Part shown: piece by piece, positions 31,177 to 39,900 of the stretch
Numbering within the stretch: position 1 is the stretch's first letter
How the letters are laid out: the number at the start of each line of letters is the position of its first letter
Source: Bacilli bacterium
GTDB taxonomy: Bacteria; Bacillota_I; Bacilli_A; RFN20; CAG-826
Direction: 5' to 3'
DNA: 64,000 bases
Assembly (NCBI GenBank): GCA_045601085.1
Contig: JAZRZD010000016.1
Span: 10,162-74,161 of the forward strand
Program-made: the position numbers and the translations under genes
The notes under the pieces: model-generated
Told to the model about the DNA's origin: nothing
The model's database searches: none
Seen by the model: the letters and a program-made list of their open reading frames with translations, nothing else

Positions 31177-31824
31177 TTAGTCAATCTTTTCAATTTCAGA
31201 GAAGTCGACTTCTGCTTTAGTTTCTTTACCAAAGAAGTAAGTAGAAACCTCAACAACTTGAGTCTCTTTATTAATGGAGAGAATTCTTCCTTCAGTGCCT
31301 TCAAGACCACCATGGATAACTCTAACCATATCGTCAACATTGTATCTGTCGTACATGCTTTCATCAATCATACCGACTCTCTTTAATACTGGTTCGATTT
31401 GTTCTCTTGGAACTGGGAATGGTTTTGTGCCTTTACCACTAGATCCAACGAATCCAGTAACACCTGGAGTATTTCTAACAACAAACCATGCAAAGTCTGT
31501 CATAATCATTTCAACAAAGATATAACCTGGGAAAATGTTTTTCCATCTAGTTTTACCAGATGGTTGACCATCTTTCATAACTGGAACTTCTTTTTCTGCG
31601 ACAATAACTCTGAAAATAATGTTCTTTAAATCCATTTGCTCGACACGTTTTTGTAAGTAGTCAGCAACTTTCTTTTCATGTGTGGAATAACATGTAGCAA
31701 CGTACCATGCTTTTTCCATTTTGTTTAATTCTGTATCGCCAGTAGAAACATCAGTACTACTATCAGTAACTGTGTATTTATTATCAGTTAAATCAACTTC
31801 AACTTCTTTCTTTTCATCTAACAT
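31177..31824 (-). CDS. nusG: transcription termination/antitermination factor NusG
   Basis: 215 aa. NGN domain (WYVATCYSTHEKKV...FPGYIFVEM) and KOW domain. About 35-aa N-terminal extension. Confidence 0.9.
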   Translation of the reverse strand: MLDEKKEVEVDLTDNKYTVTDSSTDVSTGDTELNKMEKAWYVATCYSTHEKKVADYLQKRVEQMDLKNIIFRVIVAEKEVPVMKDGQPSGKTRWKNIFPGYIFVEMIMTDFAWFVVRNTPGVTGFVGSSGKGTKPFPVPREQIEPVLKRVGMIDESMYDRYNVDDMVRVIHGGLEGTEGRILSINKETQVVEVSTYFFGKETKAEVDFSEIEKID

Positions 31825-31826
31825 AA

Positions 31827-32021
31827 TTAATTACCTCCAAATGAATCCTTTAATACATCTAATAATCTACGACCTGCAACATCTTCTCCAAAGAGAATTA
31901 AAGCAGATATAACAGAGATGATAACCACGACGAGAATGGCAGGAACTAAAACATCTCTTTTTGGCCAACGAACACGTTTGCCTTCTTTTACTACTTCGCC
32001 AGTAAATTTTCTTAAACCCAT
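31827..32021 (-). CDS. secE: preprotein translocase subunit SecE
   Basis: 64 aa (MGLRKFTGEVVKEGKRVRWPKR, then one TM). Start at the ATG at 32019-32021, preceded by AAGGAGG. The longer ORF-track version is an out-of-frame overlap with the rpmG 3' end. Confidence 0.85.
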   Translation of the reverse strand: MGLRKFTGEVVKEGKRVRWPKRDVLVPAILVVVIISVISALILFGEDVAGRRLLDVLKDSFGGN

Positions 32022-32031
32022 AAGATCCTCC

Positions 32032-32175
32032 TTATTTACTGATTTTGTGGATTGTTTGTTTTCCACAATGTTTGCAATATTTTTTGAACTCTTTTTTTAC
32101 ATCCTCTTTTTTGATGGATGTTGTGTAATTCCTAGAGAGGCATTCAGAGCAAATTAAAATAACTTTTTCTCTCAT
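32032..32175 (-). CDS. rpmG: 50S ribosomal protein L33
   Basis: 47-aa ORF MREKVILICSECLSRNYTTSIKKEDVKKEFKKYCKHCGKQTIHKISK with the CxxC...CxxC zinc ribbon typical of L33. GGAGG RBS. Not in the ORF track because it is under 60 aa. Confidence 0.85.
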   Translation of the reverse strand: MREKVILICSECLSRNYTTSIKKEDVKKEFKKYCKHCGKQTIHKISK

Positions 32176-32208
32176 CTATAACCTCCACTATAAAAATATT
32201 GTATTTAA

Positions 32209-32237
32209 ATTATAATCAAGTAGTTAAAATTTGTTAA
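32209..32237 (-). promoter_or_regulatory. sigma-70-type promoter for rpmG-secE-nusG (TTAACA-17 nt-TATAAT)
   Basis: On the minus strand, -35 is at 32232-32237 and -10 at 32209-32214, about 35 nt upstream of the rpmG ATG. Confidence 0.5.
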
Positions 32238-32737
32238 GCAATAATTTCATTATCTTTAAAAGAATAAAACACACATATAGCGGTCATTCCAATTAAAGCG
32301 ATAACAACTACTAATATTAAAGTAGTATTTTGGTCTAATGAACTTGTCCTATATTCAGGGGCAATACTATATAAAGCAGCTAATTGATTCATGCCATCTT
32401 TAATTGTGTATTCACCTTCAACATCAAATACATATTCATCAACAGCAACCCTATCAGCTACTTTTAATTTTGTGTAATAAGAGTTAAGAATTAAATAATT
32501 TTCTTTAGATACATCACATACTGAACCTGTAACAACTATATCGTTCCAAAGAGTAATAAATCCTTCATATGTATATTCATTACCAGATTCATATTTAGGT
32601 AAAGTCCATAAAATTTCATTACTTGCATAAGAAATATTCTCTTCAGCACGAGTAAAGGTTTGTTTTTTTATAGGTCCACTACTAATAAATAAAGAAAGAA
32701 TAGCCGCAAAAAGTATGCAAATCCCTAGTTTTTTCAT
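32234..32737 (-). CDS. hypothetical bitopic/secreted protein (N-terminal signal or TM, C-terminal TM)
   Basis: 167 aa. Hydrophobic N-terminus MKKLGICILFAAILSLFISS and a C-terminal TM helix. No known motif. Confidence 0.45.
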   Translation of the reverse strand: MKKLGICILFAAILSLFISSGPIKKQTFTRAEENISYASNEILWTLPKYESGNEYTYEGFITLWNDIVVTGSVCDVSKENYLILNSYYTKLKVADRVAVDEYVFDVEGEYTIKDGMNQLAALYSIAPEYRTSSLDQNTTLILVVVIALIGMTAICVFYSFKDNEIIA

Positions 32738-32958
32738 TCTGTAACTACTGGCCCACCAAAGATATTAATCATAACGAAACAAAGGATTACTAGAACGATA
32801 ATCACACCGAAAATAATAATTGCAGTTAAAGGAAGTTCAAAATGTCCTTTTTCTTCATCAGAAAGTTGGGATTCATCCACTTCTAAATCTTTAGTAGGGC
32901 GGTAATTTGGATCCTTCTTTGCTTCTTCTTCACAAATTTTACGACGTGACTTAAACAT
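32734..32958 (-). CDS. hypothetical small membrane protein
   Basis: 74 aa. Acidic N-terminal region and a single C-terminal TM. Overlaps the downstream ORF by 4 nt. Confidence 0.35.
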   Translation of the reverse strand: MFKSRRKICEEEAKKDPNYRPTKDLEVDESQLSDEEKGHFELPLTAIIIFGVIIVLVILCFVMINIFGGPVVTE

Positions 32959-32961
32959 AAC

Positions 32962-33756
32962 TTAATTATAGTATCTTTTTGTTAATAACAAAGCATAGGA
33001 AATAACTATAGTGCTAATTGGGATATTAATAAAAGCAACAATACATTGGGTTAAAAGAATAGCTAAATAAGTTTCAAAACCAAATGCTACTGCCTTCATT
33101 AATGAACCAAATAAGACCATAATAAATATTTCGCAAATAAAACTAACAAATGAAACATGATGAACAGACATCGCAATTGTTTGATATTTCTTTTCAAAGA
33201 ATTTACCAACAAAGAAATTGAAAATAACTAATCCTAAGAAAAGCACTAACAATATACAAGGAATAGTAATCTTTTGCCAAAGTTCAATATCATAAACAGC
33301 ACCATAAAGATTAATTTGGGAATTTAATCCGATGAATAAAGCAACAAATGCTAAAACTAATGCATAAGTAAGATATTCTACGCAAATTAGTAATTTTTTA
33401 TTTCTTAGTTGTCTGATTAAACAGAAGACAAAATACGCAAGTAAACCTAATACACCATATAAGATTGTAATAGTTGGAAAGAACCCCATTGTTTTAGGAT
33501 CAAAAATTAACCAGCCTAATACATCACTTAGTGCTCCAACACACATTCCATAGATAGGACCAAGTAATATAGATGAAAATATAATAAGAGCAATAGAACC
33601 GAATGATACACGAACAAATGGTATTATTGCGATGTAATTAATTGCCAAAACCTTTTGAAGAATTACTACAAGCGCAGTAAAAAGACCAGCCAAACAAATC
33701 TTTTGGATAAGGCTTAATTTTGTTTTAAAAAAGAATCCACTATTTGTATTGTCCAT
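32962..33756 (-). CDS. folT: ECF-transporter S component-like membrane protein, probable folate family (FolT-like), with extra C-terminal TM segments
   Basis: 264-aa polytopic protein. Overlaps folC by 17 nt; a folT gene next to folC is a well-known linkage. The N-terminal half resembles an S component. The length exceeds the usual ~180 aa. Confidence 0.5.
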   Translation of the reverse strand: MDNTNSGFFFKTKLSLIQKICLAGLFTALVVILQKVLAINYIAIIPFVRVSFGSIALIIFSSILLGPIYGMCVGALSDVLGWLIFDPKTMGFFPTITILYGVLGLLAYFVFCLIRQLRNKKLLICVEYLTYALVLAFVALFIGLNSQINLYGAVYDIELWQKITIPCILLVLFLGLVIFNFFVGKFFEKKYQTIAMSVHHVSFVSFICEIFIMVLFGSLMKAVAFGFETYLAILLTQCIVAFINIPISTIVISYALLLTKRYYN

Positions 33757-34963
33757 CTTTAAATTCTTTCCTTACAATTCCCGCAAAGGCTAAAGAGCCT
33801 GTGATTAATATTACATCATCTGGGTAATTAGCAATTAGGTTTTTTATAACTTGTTTATGATTTTTATCATATTTGTATTCATCTAAGAATAAGAAATAAT
33901 CTTCCTCACTTCTTGTACGTGGATGATCAAAATAAGTTAAACAAATGTCATCACTTAAGTAAGCAAGTGTAGGAAGCATCGTAACGATGTTTTTGTCTTT
34001 AAATGATGCAAAAACCACATGAATATTTCTACCGAAGTTCATTTTTTCGATTTCATTCACTAATTTTGTAATTGCTTCTGGATTATGTGCACCATCAACA
34101 ATAACTGTTGGATTATCTTGCATTTTTTCAAATCTAGCAGGCATATATGTATTAGCTAAACCATCATATATATTTGCTTCACTGATAGGAAATTTATCAG
34201 TTAATATTTTAGTGGCTTCAATAGCTAATGCTGCACCTCTAGTAGAATATTCTGCGCATGATGTGATTTTTAATCCATGATAATTGCCATAACTAAAAGA
34301 CAAACCATCATCTACTAACTCCAAATCATATGTATCAGTGGTTTTTGTGAGAGTAGAATGTTGTTCCATACAAACATCAACAATTGTGTTTTCAGCTTCT
34401 TCATAGATATGTCCAATAAGTGCAGGAACATTCTTTTTAATAATTCCTGCCTTATGCATAGCAATTTCTGTTAATGTATCCCCTAAATAAATTGAATGTT
34501 CAATAGATATAGAAGTAATTATAGAAAGAACAGGAGTAAAGATGTTTGTAGCGTCATATTCTCCACCCATACCACATTCAATAACACATAAATCACAATG
34601 TTGTTCTTTAAAATATGTAAATGCGATAAATGTTGTTATCTCAAATTCAGATAAATTGAATTTCTTAAAATCCTTTTCATAATTTTTAAGGAATTTAGAT
34701 AATTCTTCATCATTAATGCAATTTCCATCAATATTGATTAATTCGTTGATGTCTAATAAATAAGGGGATGTATATAATCCAACCTTTAGACCGGATGCAC
34801 GATAAATGTTAGCAATATATGTTGCGGTAGAACCTTTTCCGTTAGTTCCCGCAATATGAATAGCAGGAATAGAAAAATCAAAATGTATTGCCTTTAAAAA
34901 GCGATCAAAATTATCTTTTTGGTAATCGTGTCTTAATATTGAAAATTGACCTAAATCTTTCAT
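33740..34963 (-). CDS. folC: bifunctional folylpolyglutamate synthase / dihydrofolate synthase
   Basis: 407 aa. P-loop HIAGTNGKGST. Mur-ligase fold. Confidence 0.9.
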   Translation of the reverse strand: MKDLGQFSILRHDYQKDNFDRFLKAIHFDFSIPAIHIAGTNGKGSTATYIANIYRASGLKVGLYTSPYLLDINELINIDGNCINDEELSKFLKNYEKDFKKFNLSEFEITTFIAFTYFKEQHCDLCVIECGMGGEYDATNIFTPVLSIITSISIEHSIYLGDTLTEIAMHKAGIIKKNVPALIGHIYEEAENTIVDVCMEQHSTLTKTTDTYDLELVDDGLSFSYGNYHGLKITSCAEYSTRGAALAIEATKILTDKFPISEANIYDGLANTYMPARFEKMQDNPTVIVDGAHNPEAITKLVNEIEKMNFGRNIHVVFASFKDKNIVTMLPTLAYLSDDICLTYFDHPRTRSEEDYFLFLDEYKYDKNHKQVIKNLIANYPDDVILITGSLAFAGIVRKEFKDGQYK

Positions 34964-35406
34964 AATGATTTCTCCATTTCTCTTTGAATATCACGTTTTT
35001 TTATAGTTTCACGTTTGTCGTAATTCTTTTTACCTTTACCTAAGGCGATTTCCACTTTTGCTTTACCATGAGCGAAATATACTTTAGTAGGAATTAAAGA
35101 ATAACCGTTAAGTTTTATTTTTTGTGCGAAATATAAAATCTCATTTTTGTGTAGTAATAACTTCCTACTTCTTAAAGGGTCATGGTTAAATAAGTTTCCT
35201 TGATCATATGTTGGGATATGCATATTAACAATATTCATTTCTCCACCAGAAATAACAGCGTATGCATCAGAAATGCTACATCCCTTAGTTCTTAATGATT
35301 TAATTTCTGTACCAGTAAGAGAAATACCACATTCTGTAAAGTCACTTAAAAAGTAGTTAAATGAAGCTTTTCTATTTAACGAAATGATTTTAATGCTTTC
35401 CTTCAT
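34960..35406 (-). CDS. smpB: SsrA-binding protein
   Basis: 148 aa. SmpB family (IAENRKARF-like, LVPLK-like segments). Confidence 0.9.
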   Translation of the reverse strand: MKESIKIISLNRKASFNYFLSDFTECGISLTGTEIKSLRTKGCSISDAYAVISGGEMNIVNMHIPTYDQGNLFNHDPLRSRKLLLHKNEILYFAQKIKLNGYSLIPTKVYFAHGKAKVEIALGKGKKNYDKRETIKKRDIQREMEKSL

Positions 35407-35606
35407 AAACTAACCTTTCTAAGCCTTTATAGCTTTAAATTAACTAATAATTTACATCAAAATTTAATATAAAGAATTGTAATTATTACAATCCGAGTTT
35501 TATTAGTTATAGCGTAATTATACTATCATAATTTGAAAAAGTCTTTTATTAGACTTTGACGTTAATAACATTTTAAAAATTATCTAAGTATTCTATAGTA
35601 TAAATT

Positions 35607-36335
35607 ATGGATTACATTGATGAACTTCAAAAAATTATAGATTCTTCAAATAGTATCGTTGTTTTTACTGGTGCAGGTATATCTGTTCCAAGTGGAATCC
35701 CTGATTTTAGAAGCGCTGATGGAATATATAGCCAAAGAGCGAATGAAAAATATTCTCCAGAAGAAATTATCTCCCATACTTTCTTTTATAATCATCCAGA
35801 TATTTTCTATGATTTTTATAAATCAAAAATGATATACCCAGAAGCAAAACCAAATCTTGCACATGAATATTTCGCTAAATTAGAAAAGAAAGGCAAGAAT
35901 GTCACAATTGTTACTCAAAACATTGATGGATTACATCAAATCGCAGGTTCAAAAAGAGTATATGAACTTCATGGCTCAATCCATAGAAACTATTGTGATG
36001 AATGTGGGGCCTCATATTCATTAGATGACATTATCAATAGCGAGGCAAAGATTCCTTTTTGTAAGAAATGCCACGCTATTATCAAACCTGACGTAGTTTT
36101 ATATGAAGAACCTTTAGATGAAAATGTTATTAACTTAGCAATTTCTGCAATTATGACTGCTGATACATTAATTGTTGTTGGTACATCACTAACTGTATAT
36201 CCTGCAGCAGGATTCTTAAGATACTTCAGAGGAAGAAATCTTGTAGCGATAAATAAATCTAGATTACCAGATAATTTCCAAGTAGATTTGGAGATTAATG
36301 AAGATATAGTAAAAGTTGTTGAAAAATTAATATAA
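35607..36335 (+). CDS. cobB: NAD-dependent protein deacylase (sirtuin, CobB/SrtN family)
   Basis: 242 aa. GAGISVPSGIPDFRS, zinc-binding CDECG...CKKC and QNIDGLH. Confidence 0.85.
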   Translation: MDYIDELQKIIDSSNSIVVFTGAGISVPSGIPDFRSADGIYSQRANEKYSPEEIISHTFFYNHPDIFYDFYKSKMIYPEAKPNLAHEYFAKLEKKGKNVTIVTQNIDGLHQIAGSKRVYELHGSIHRNYCDECGASYSLDDIINSEAKIPFCKKCHAIIKPDVVLYEEPLDENVINLAISAIMTADTLIVVGTSLTVYPAAGFLRYFRGRNLVAINKSRLPDNFQVDLEINEDIVKVVEKLI

Positions 36336-36358
36336 AACCAGGTTTTGCCTGGTTTTTT
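36334..36358. terminator. bidirectional intrinsic terminator between cobB (+) and carD (-)
   Basis: AACCAGG(TTTTG)CCTGGTT hairpin with an A-run upstream and T6 downstream. Confidence 0.7.
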
Positions 36359-36368
36359 AGTTTTTAAG

Positions 36369-36860
36369 TTAAGCTAATTCTAAGAATTTCTGATGAAGGA
36401 AATCCGCTATTTTTTCACGGTCAACTTTGAATGTAATTGCTAACTCATCGAGTAGCATCAAATGCGCATATTTTAACATTTCTAAATCTGCAGGACCAAA
36501 TTTAACAACAATACCTAAGTTTGCTTGATTGTTATATAAGTAAAGTTGCTTTGATAAGAAGCCAATATCAAAAGGATCACCACTACTTAGTTTTCTTTTA
36601 AATGAATCTCTTCTTTGTTTTGTATTAGCACTAACTTCAACAGTTGCTTGTTTCATAAAAGCAAGAACCTTGTTAGCAGTCTCAATATCAATAATAGGTC
36701 TAATAATATTATCAGCTCTAGAAATAGGCACATAAATAGATTCGCCAGTTCCACGATCAGCGACAACAAGATAATATTCAAGGTCGCCAATTTTCTTAAT
36801 ATCTACTATTTGTGCAACCCCATCTCTGAAATGAATAATTTTATCTTGAACCTTATACAT
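36369..36860 (-). CDS. carD: CarD/CdnL-family RNA-polymerase-binding transcription factor
   Basis: 163 aa. The N-terminus MYKVQDKIIHFRDGVAQIVDIKKI matches the CarD_CdnL_TRCF RNAP-interacting domain. Confidence 0.7.
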   Translation of the reverse strand: MYKVQDKIIHFRDGVAQIVDIKKIGDLEYYLVVADRGTGESIYVPISRADNIIRPIIDIETANKVLAFMKQATVEVSANTKQRRDSFKRKLSSGDPFDIGFLSKQLYLYNNQANLGIVVKFGPADLEMLKYAHLMLLDELAITFKVDREKIADFLHQKFLELA

Positions 36861-37007
36861 ACCTCTATTATCTCATTTTTTAGCCCATTATAAAAATAAT
36901 TTATTTCTCGATAAGTATGGTCTTAATGTGATTTTCCATATGTCAAGAAGGCTATTATTCCCATTTTTTAAGATATAATCACAATTTTATAAAGCATAAT
37001 AAACGCT

Positions 37008-37646
37008 CTATTTTCCATGTCTTCTATGAATATTATTAATATGTTCTTCAATAGTAATTGGATGATTATTTACCTCGTTAATTAACAAGGAACCAATAGA
37101 ATTAATTATTTCACAAGTTAGTGGCTTTTCATTAATAGTCTTATACCATTTGCGAAACGAATATAAATTAAATAAAATACCCTCTACGTTGCTAACCCTT
37201 GACGTATCAGCATCCAAAAATATAACAACACTATAACAAGGAACCTCAAATCTAATTAGTTTTTCAATGTATCTGATATGCGTTGCATTTTGCATAATTG
37301 GATTGTAAAAGCTATTTTTGTGAATTCTGTTATATCCTATAGTCTGGGTCCAATCTTTTTGATCTTTACCACCGTAAATTCGCCCACGATAATCTTTTGT
37401 TTCAATTATAAAAATACCTTTATGTGATATAAAAATATGATCTATTTGAATAGAGTCAGTATTGTCCTTATTTCTACTAGCTAGAAAATTATCGATAATA
37501 ATTTCATCATTTTCCTTAAGGCGGGCAATAAATCTTGATACTTCCTTTTCGCCCGATTTCCCAGATATATGGGATTTTCTTCCTAGGCTTGCAAAAATTA
37601 ATGAAATTACAACAAAAGCAACAATTATAAAAACTATAAATCCCAT
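37008..37646 (-). CDS. NERD-domain (nuclease-related domain) protein with N-terminal TM anchor
   Basis: 212 aa. N-terminal TM helix followed by a NERD-like core (IDHIFISHKGIFIIETKDYRG). Confidence 0.65.
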   Translation of the reverse strand: MGFIVFIIVAFVVISLIFASLGRKSHISGKSGEKEVSRFIARLKENDEIIIDNFLASRNKDNTDSIQIDHIFISHKGIFIIETKDYRGRIYGGKDQKDWTQTIGYNRIHKNSFYNPIMQNATHIRYIEKLIRFEVPCYSVVIFLDADTSRVSNVEGILFNLYSFRKWYKTINEKPLTCEIINSIGSLLINEVNNHPITIEEHINNIHRRHGK

Positions 37647-37682
37647 ACTGTTAATTATCTAATAAACATTAAGTCATTAAAA

Positions 37683-37704
37683 TAAAAAATCCTCAATTTC
37701 TGAG
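37683..37704 (-). terminator. intrinsic terminator downstream of tRNA-Ala
   Basis: CCTCA(GAAAT)TGAGG hairpin followed by ATTTTTTATTTT on the minus strand. Confidence 0.55.
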
Positions 37705-37744
37705 GGTTATATATATAAACCTATAAATATAGGTAATTTTTAAC

Positions 37745-37820
37745 TGGTGGATCTGAAGGGGATCGAACCCTCTACCTCCTCCATGCCATGGAGGCGCTCT
37801 CCCAGATGAGCTACAGACCC
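37745..37820 (-). tRNA. tRNA-Ala (anticodon GGC)
   Basis: 76-nt cloverleaf with the G3:U70 alanine identity pair. Anticodon stem CCTCC/GGAGG with loop ATGGCAT. T-loop TTCGATC. Encoded CCA. Confidence 0.85.
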
Positions 37821-37916
37821 AAGTGCGATAACTATATTACAATTACAGCGAAGTAAATGCAACTAATTTGACGCACAAAAATAACGTAATTTCTGTAAAA
37901 ATATATTTATTAATAC

Positions 37917-38753
37917 TTATTTATGATTATTGTTAAGAATTTCTGACTTTTCTTGTTCGAATTCTTCTTGTGTAATAATACCTTCATCACAGAGTTTTTT
38001 AAGTTCTCTTAATTCATCAATATAACTCGTTGCTGATTTCTTTGATTTTGTAGATGCCTCATTACCGCTTATACTTTTAGCGACATTTTCTAACGCATCT
38101 GCTTTTCTATTTTCAGCATCAAGTTTACTCATTTCAATGTCTGTTTGAACATCTACCAGATTCTTTCTTGAAACAATTAAGTCATTCAATGTTTTCATTA
38201 TTTCTTCATGGTTCTTCAAGTAATAGATTCTTAATACACCATCACCAGAAGAAGTAGGAATACCATTAACATACATTTTAGGCATAAATGTAGGTCCATG
38301 ACCTTGTGTAAATTGAACCGCTAAAATGTGATAACCAAAGGAAGAAACCATCTCAACATTATCAATTTCATCTAATCTGTAAGAGAAGTCTTTTTTCGCC
38401 AAAACTATTGCATAAGCCCCATATATTCTTTTATTTGTTATTACTAATTTATTCTTTTTAATAGCGGCAAGTTTAAGAATTTGAGCAACGATAAAGAATA
38501 ATGACATGAGTCCAAAGATAATCATGAAAGGAAATAATTCTATTCCACCAGGGGCGAATATAAATCCGAGGAGGAAACCTATAAATGGGCCAACTAAAAT
38601 TAATAAACCAAATATTAAAATTAGAATCGCCCCTAAAGAGATTCTAAAAGTTCCTTCTACTAGAATTTCTTCATTTTCTAAATTCTTTCTGATCTCATTC
38701 ATGCTCATATTCTCCTTAATATTTAGTATACGGGAAATTTTGAAATAATTCAA
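37917..38753 (-). CDS. membrane protein with a bacterial PH-like domain and a C-terminal SHOCT domain
   Basis: 278 aa. Two TM helices, a central PH/YdbT-like region (LVITNKRIYGAY) and a C-terminal SHOCT motif (YIDELRELKKLCDEGIITQEEFEQEKSEIL). Confidence 0.55.
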   Translation of the reverse strand: MNYFKISRILNIKENMSMNEIRKNLENEEILVEGTFRISLGAILILIFGLLILVGPFIGFLLGFIFAPGGIELFPFMIIFGLMSLFFIVAQILKLAAIKKNKLVITNKRIYGAYAIVLAKKDFSYRLDEIDNVEMVSSFGYHILAVQFTQGHGPTFMPKMYVNGIPTSSGDGVLRIYYLKNHEEIMKTLNDLIVSRKNLVDVQTDIEMSKLDAENRKADALENVAKSISGNEASTKSKKSATSYIDELRELKKLCDEGIITQEEFEQEKSEILNNNHK

Positions 38754-38806
38754 AATAACACGACTATATCAAAGAATTATCTCTTCTTAACACAAAAATA
38801 GAGCTT

Positions 38807-38829
38807 AAAAAAGCGGGATTTCTTCCCGC
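38807..38829 (-). terminator. intrinsic terminator downstream of tRNA-Arg
   Basis: GCGGGA(AGAAAT)CCCGC hairpin followed by T6 on the minus strand. Confidence 0.55.
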
Positions 38830-38918
38830 ACTTCGATGGACCACCAGAGATCCAATCCCTGTACCCAAAACTATATTGATATAAAATCCCTTATTCGCAA
38901 GAAGATTTTAAATTTCGG

Positions 38919-38995
38919 TGGCGCGCTCGAGGCGATTTGAACGTCCGACTTTCACCTTAGGAGGGTGACACTCTATCCAGCTGAGTTACGAGCGC
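38919..38995 (-). tRNA. tRNA-Arg (anticodon CCU)
   Basis: 77-nt cloverleaf. Perfect acceptor (GCGCTCG/CGAGCGC), D and anticodon stems. Loop CTCCTAA. Encoded CCA. The T-stem has one A:C mismatch. Confidence 0.6.
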
Positions 38996-39003
38996 ATTTC
39001 TTA

Positions 39004-39900
39004 TTATTTATTAAAGAAATTATATATGTCTTCGTAAACAGTTTCTTTAATATCCTCATTTAAAATCTCATGCCTTGCGTGAGGATAGATTTTAATGCTT
39101 ACATCTTTAACACCACATTTCTTATAGAATTTTTCAAGTTGGTAAGTGTATTTAGAGTATGCTGTAACAGGATCTTCAATACCTGTAATAATAAACATAT
39201 TTAAATCATTATCTAATTTTTTAAGGGCTTTCTTATTATTAAGTTTTCTCATTCCTTTAATAAATTCCAAACAAAATTGATTATTTGGTCCAAAGCCACA
39301 TAAAGGGTCCGCAATATAATCATCAACATTCTTAGTGTTATAACTTAACCAATCATATGGGGTTCTTGGAGATTTAATTTTATTGTTAAAGTTGCCAAAC
39401 ATTAATTTGTTAAGTGTGGTTGCTTTCTTATGTTTTGTTTTGTTATTAGTAACCATCTTGGCAATTAAGTTACCTGCTACTAATGCTCCACTTTTTATTC
39501 CAGCGCCACATAAAACAATTTTATCTGCAACACCAGGATAATATTGAATAAAATATTGTCCCATAAATGAGCCCATTGAATGAGAGAATATGTATAAAGG
39601 TTTTGAGTCAGATTTTAGACTAACTGCAAAATCGTGAATTATATCAACGAAGATAGAAAAACCATCTTCTGGCCAAATACCGATGTTAGATAAATCATCA
39701 CTAACATTTTCGCCTTGTCCAAAAGCATCAACACAGTATACGTTATAACCTTTTTGGTTTAAATACTCAGCAAAACCCTCATATCTAGAAGAATGCTCTT
39801 CCATTCCTTCTAATATAATTACATTTGCAATATTGTCATTAATTTCCCATTTTAAGCCACATAAATCATGACCGTGAAAACTAATTTTAAGTTTATTCAT
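39004..39900 (-). CDS. alpha/beta-fold hydrolase (lysophospholipase / monoacylglycerol-lipase-like)
   Basis: 298 aa. Nucleophile elbow GHSMGS. HG oxyanion-hole region near the N-terminus. Confidence 0.7.
   Translation of the reverse strand: MNKLKISFHGHDLCGLKWEINDNIANVIILEGMEEHSSRYEGFAEYLNQKGYNVYCVDAFGQGENVSDDLSNIGIWPEDGFSIFVDIIHDFAVSLKSDSKPLYIFSHSMGSFMGQYFIQYYPGVADKIVLCGAGIKSGALVAGNLIAKMVTNNKTKHKKATTLNKLMFGNFNNKIKSPRTPYDWLSYNTKNVDDYIADPLCGFGPNNQFCLEFIKGMRKLNNKKALKKLDNDLNMFIITGIEDPVTAYSKYTYQLEKFYKKCGVKDVSIKIYPHARHEILNEDIKETVYEDIYNFFNK

Noticed and set aside
32022-32066. 15-residue N-terminal extension of SecE (MENKQSTKSVNKEDL) in the ORF track.
   Set aside because: These codons are the rpmG 3' end read out of frame. 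The real secE start is the ATG at 32019-32021, which has AAGGAGG upstream.
38841-38918. A 78-nt GC-richer segment between the tRNA-Arg gene and its terminator (GGGTACAGGGATTGGATCTCTGGTGGTCCATCGAAG on the minus strand). Considered as a partial tRNA or small RNA.
   Set aside because: I could not fold it into a cloverleaf or a convincing conserved structure. It is probably just the 3' trailer of the tRNA transcript.
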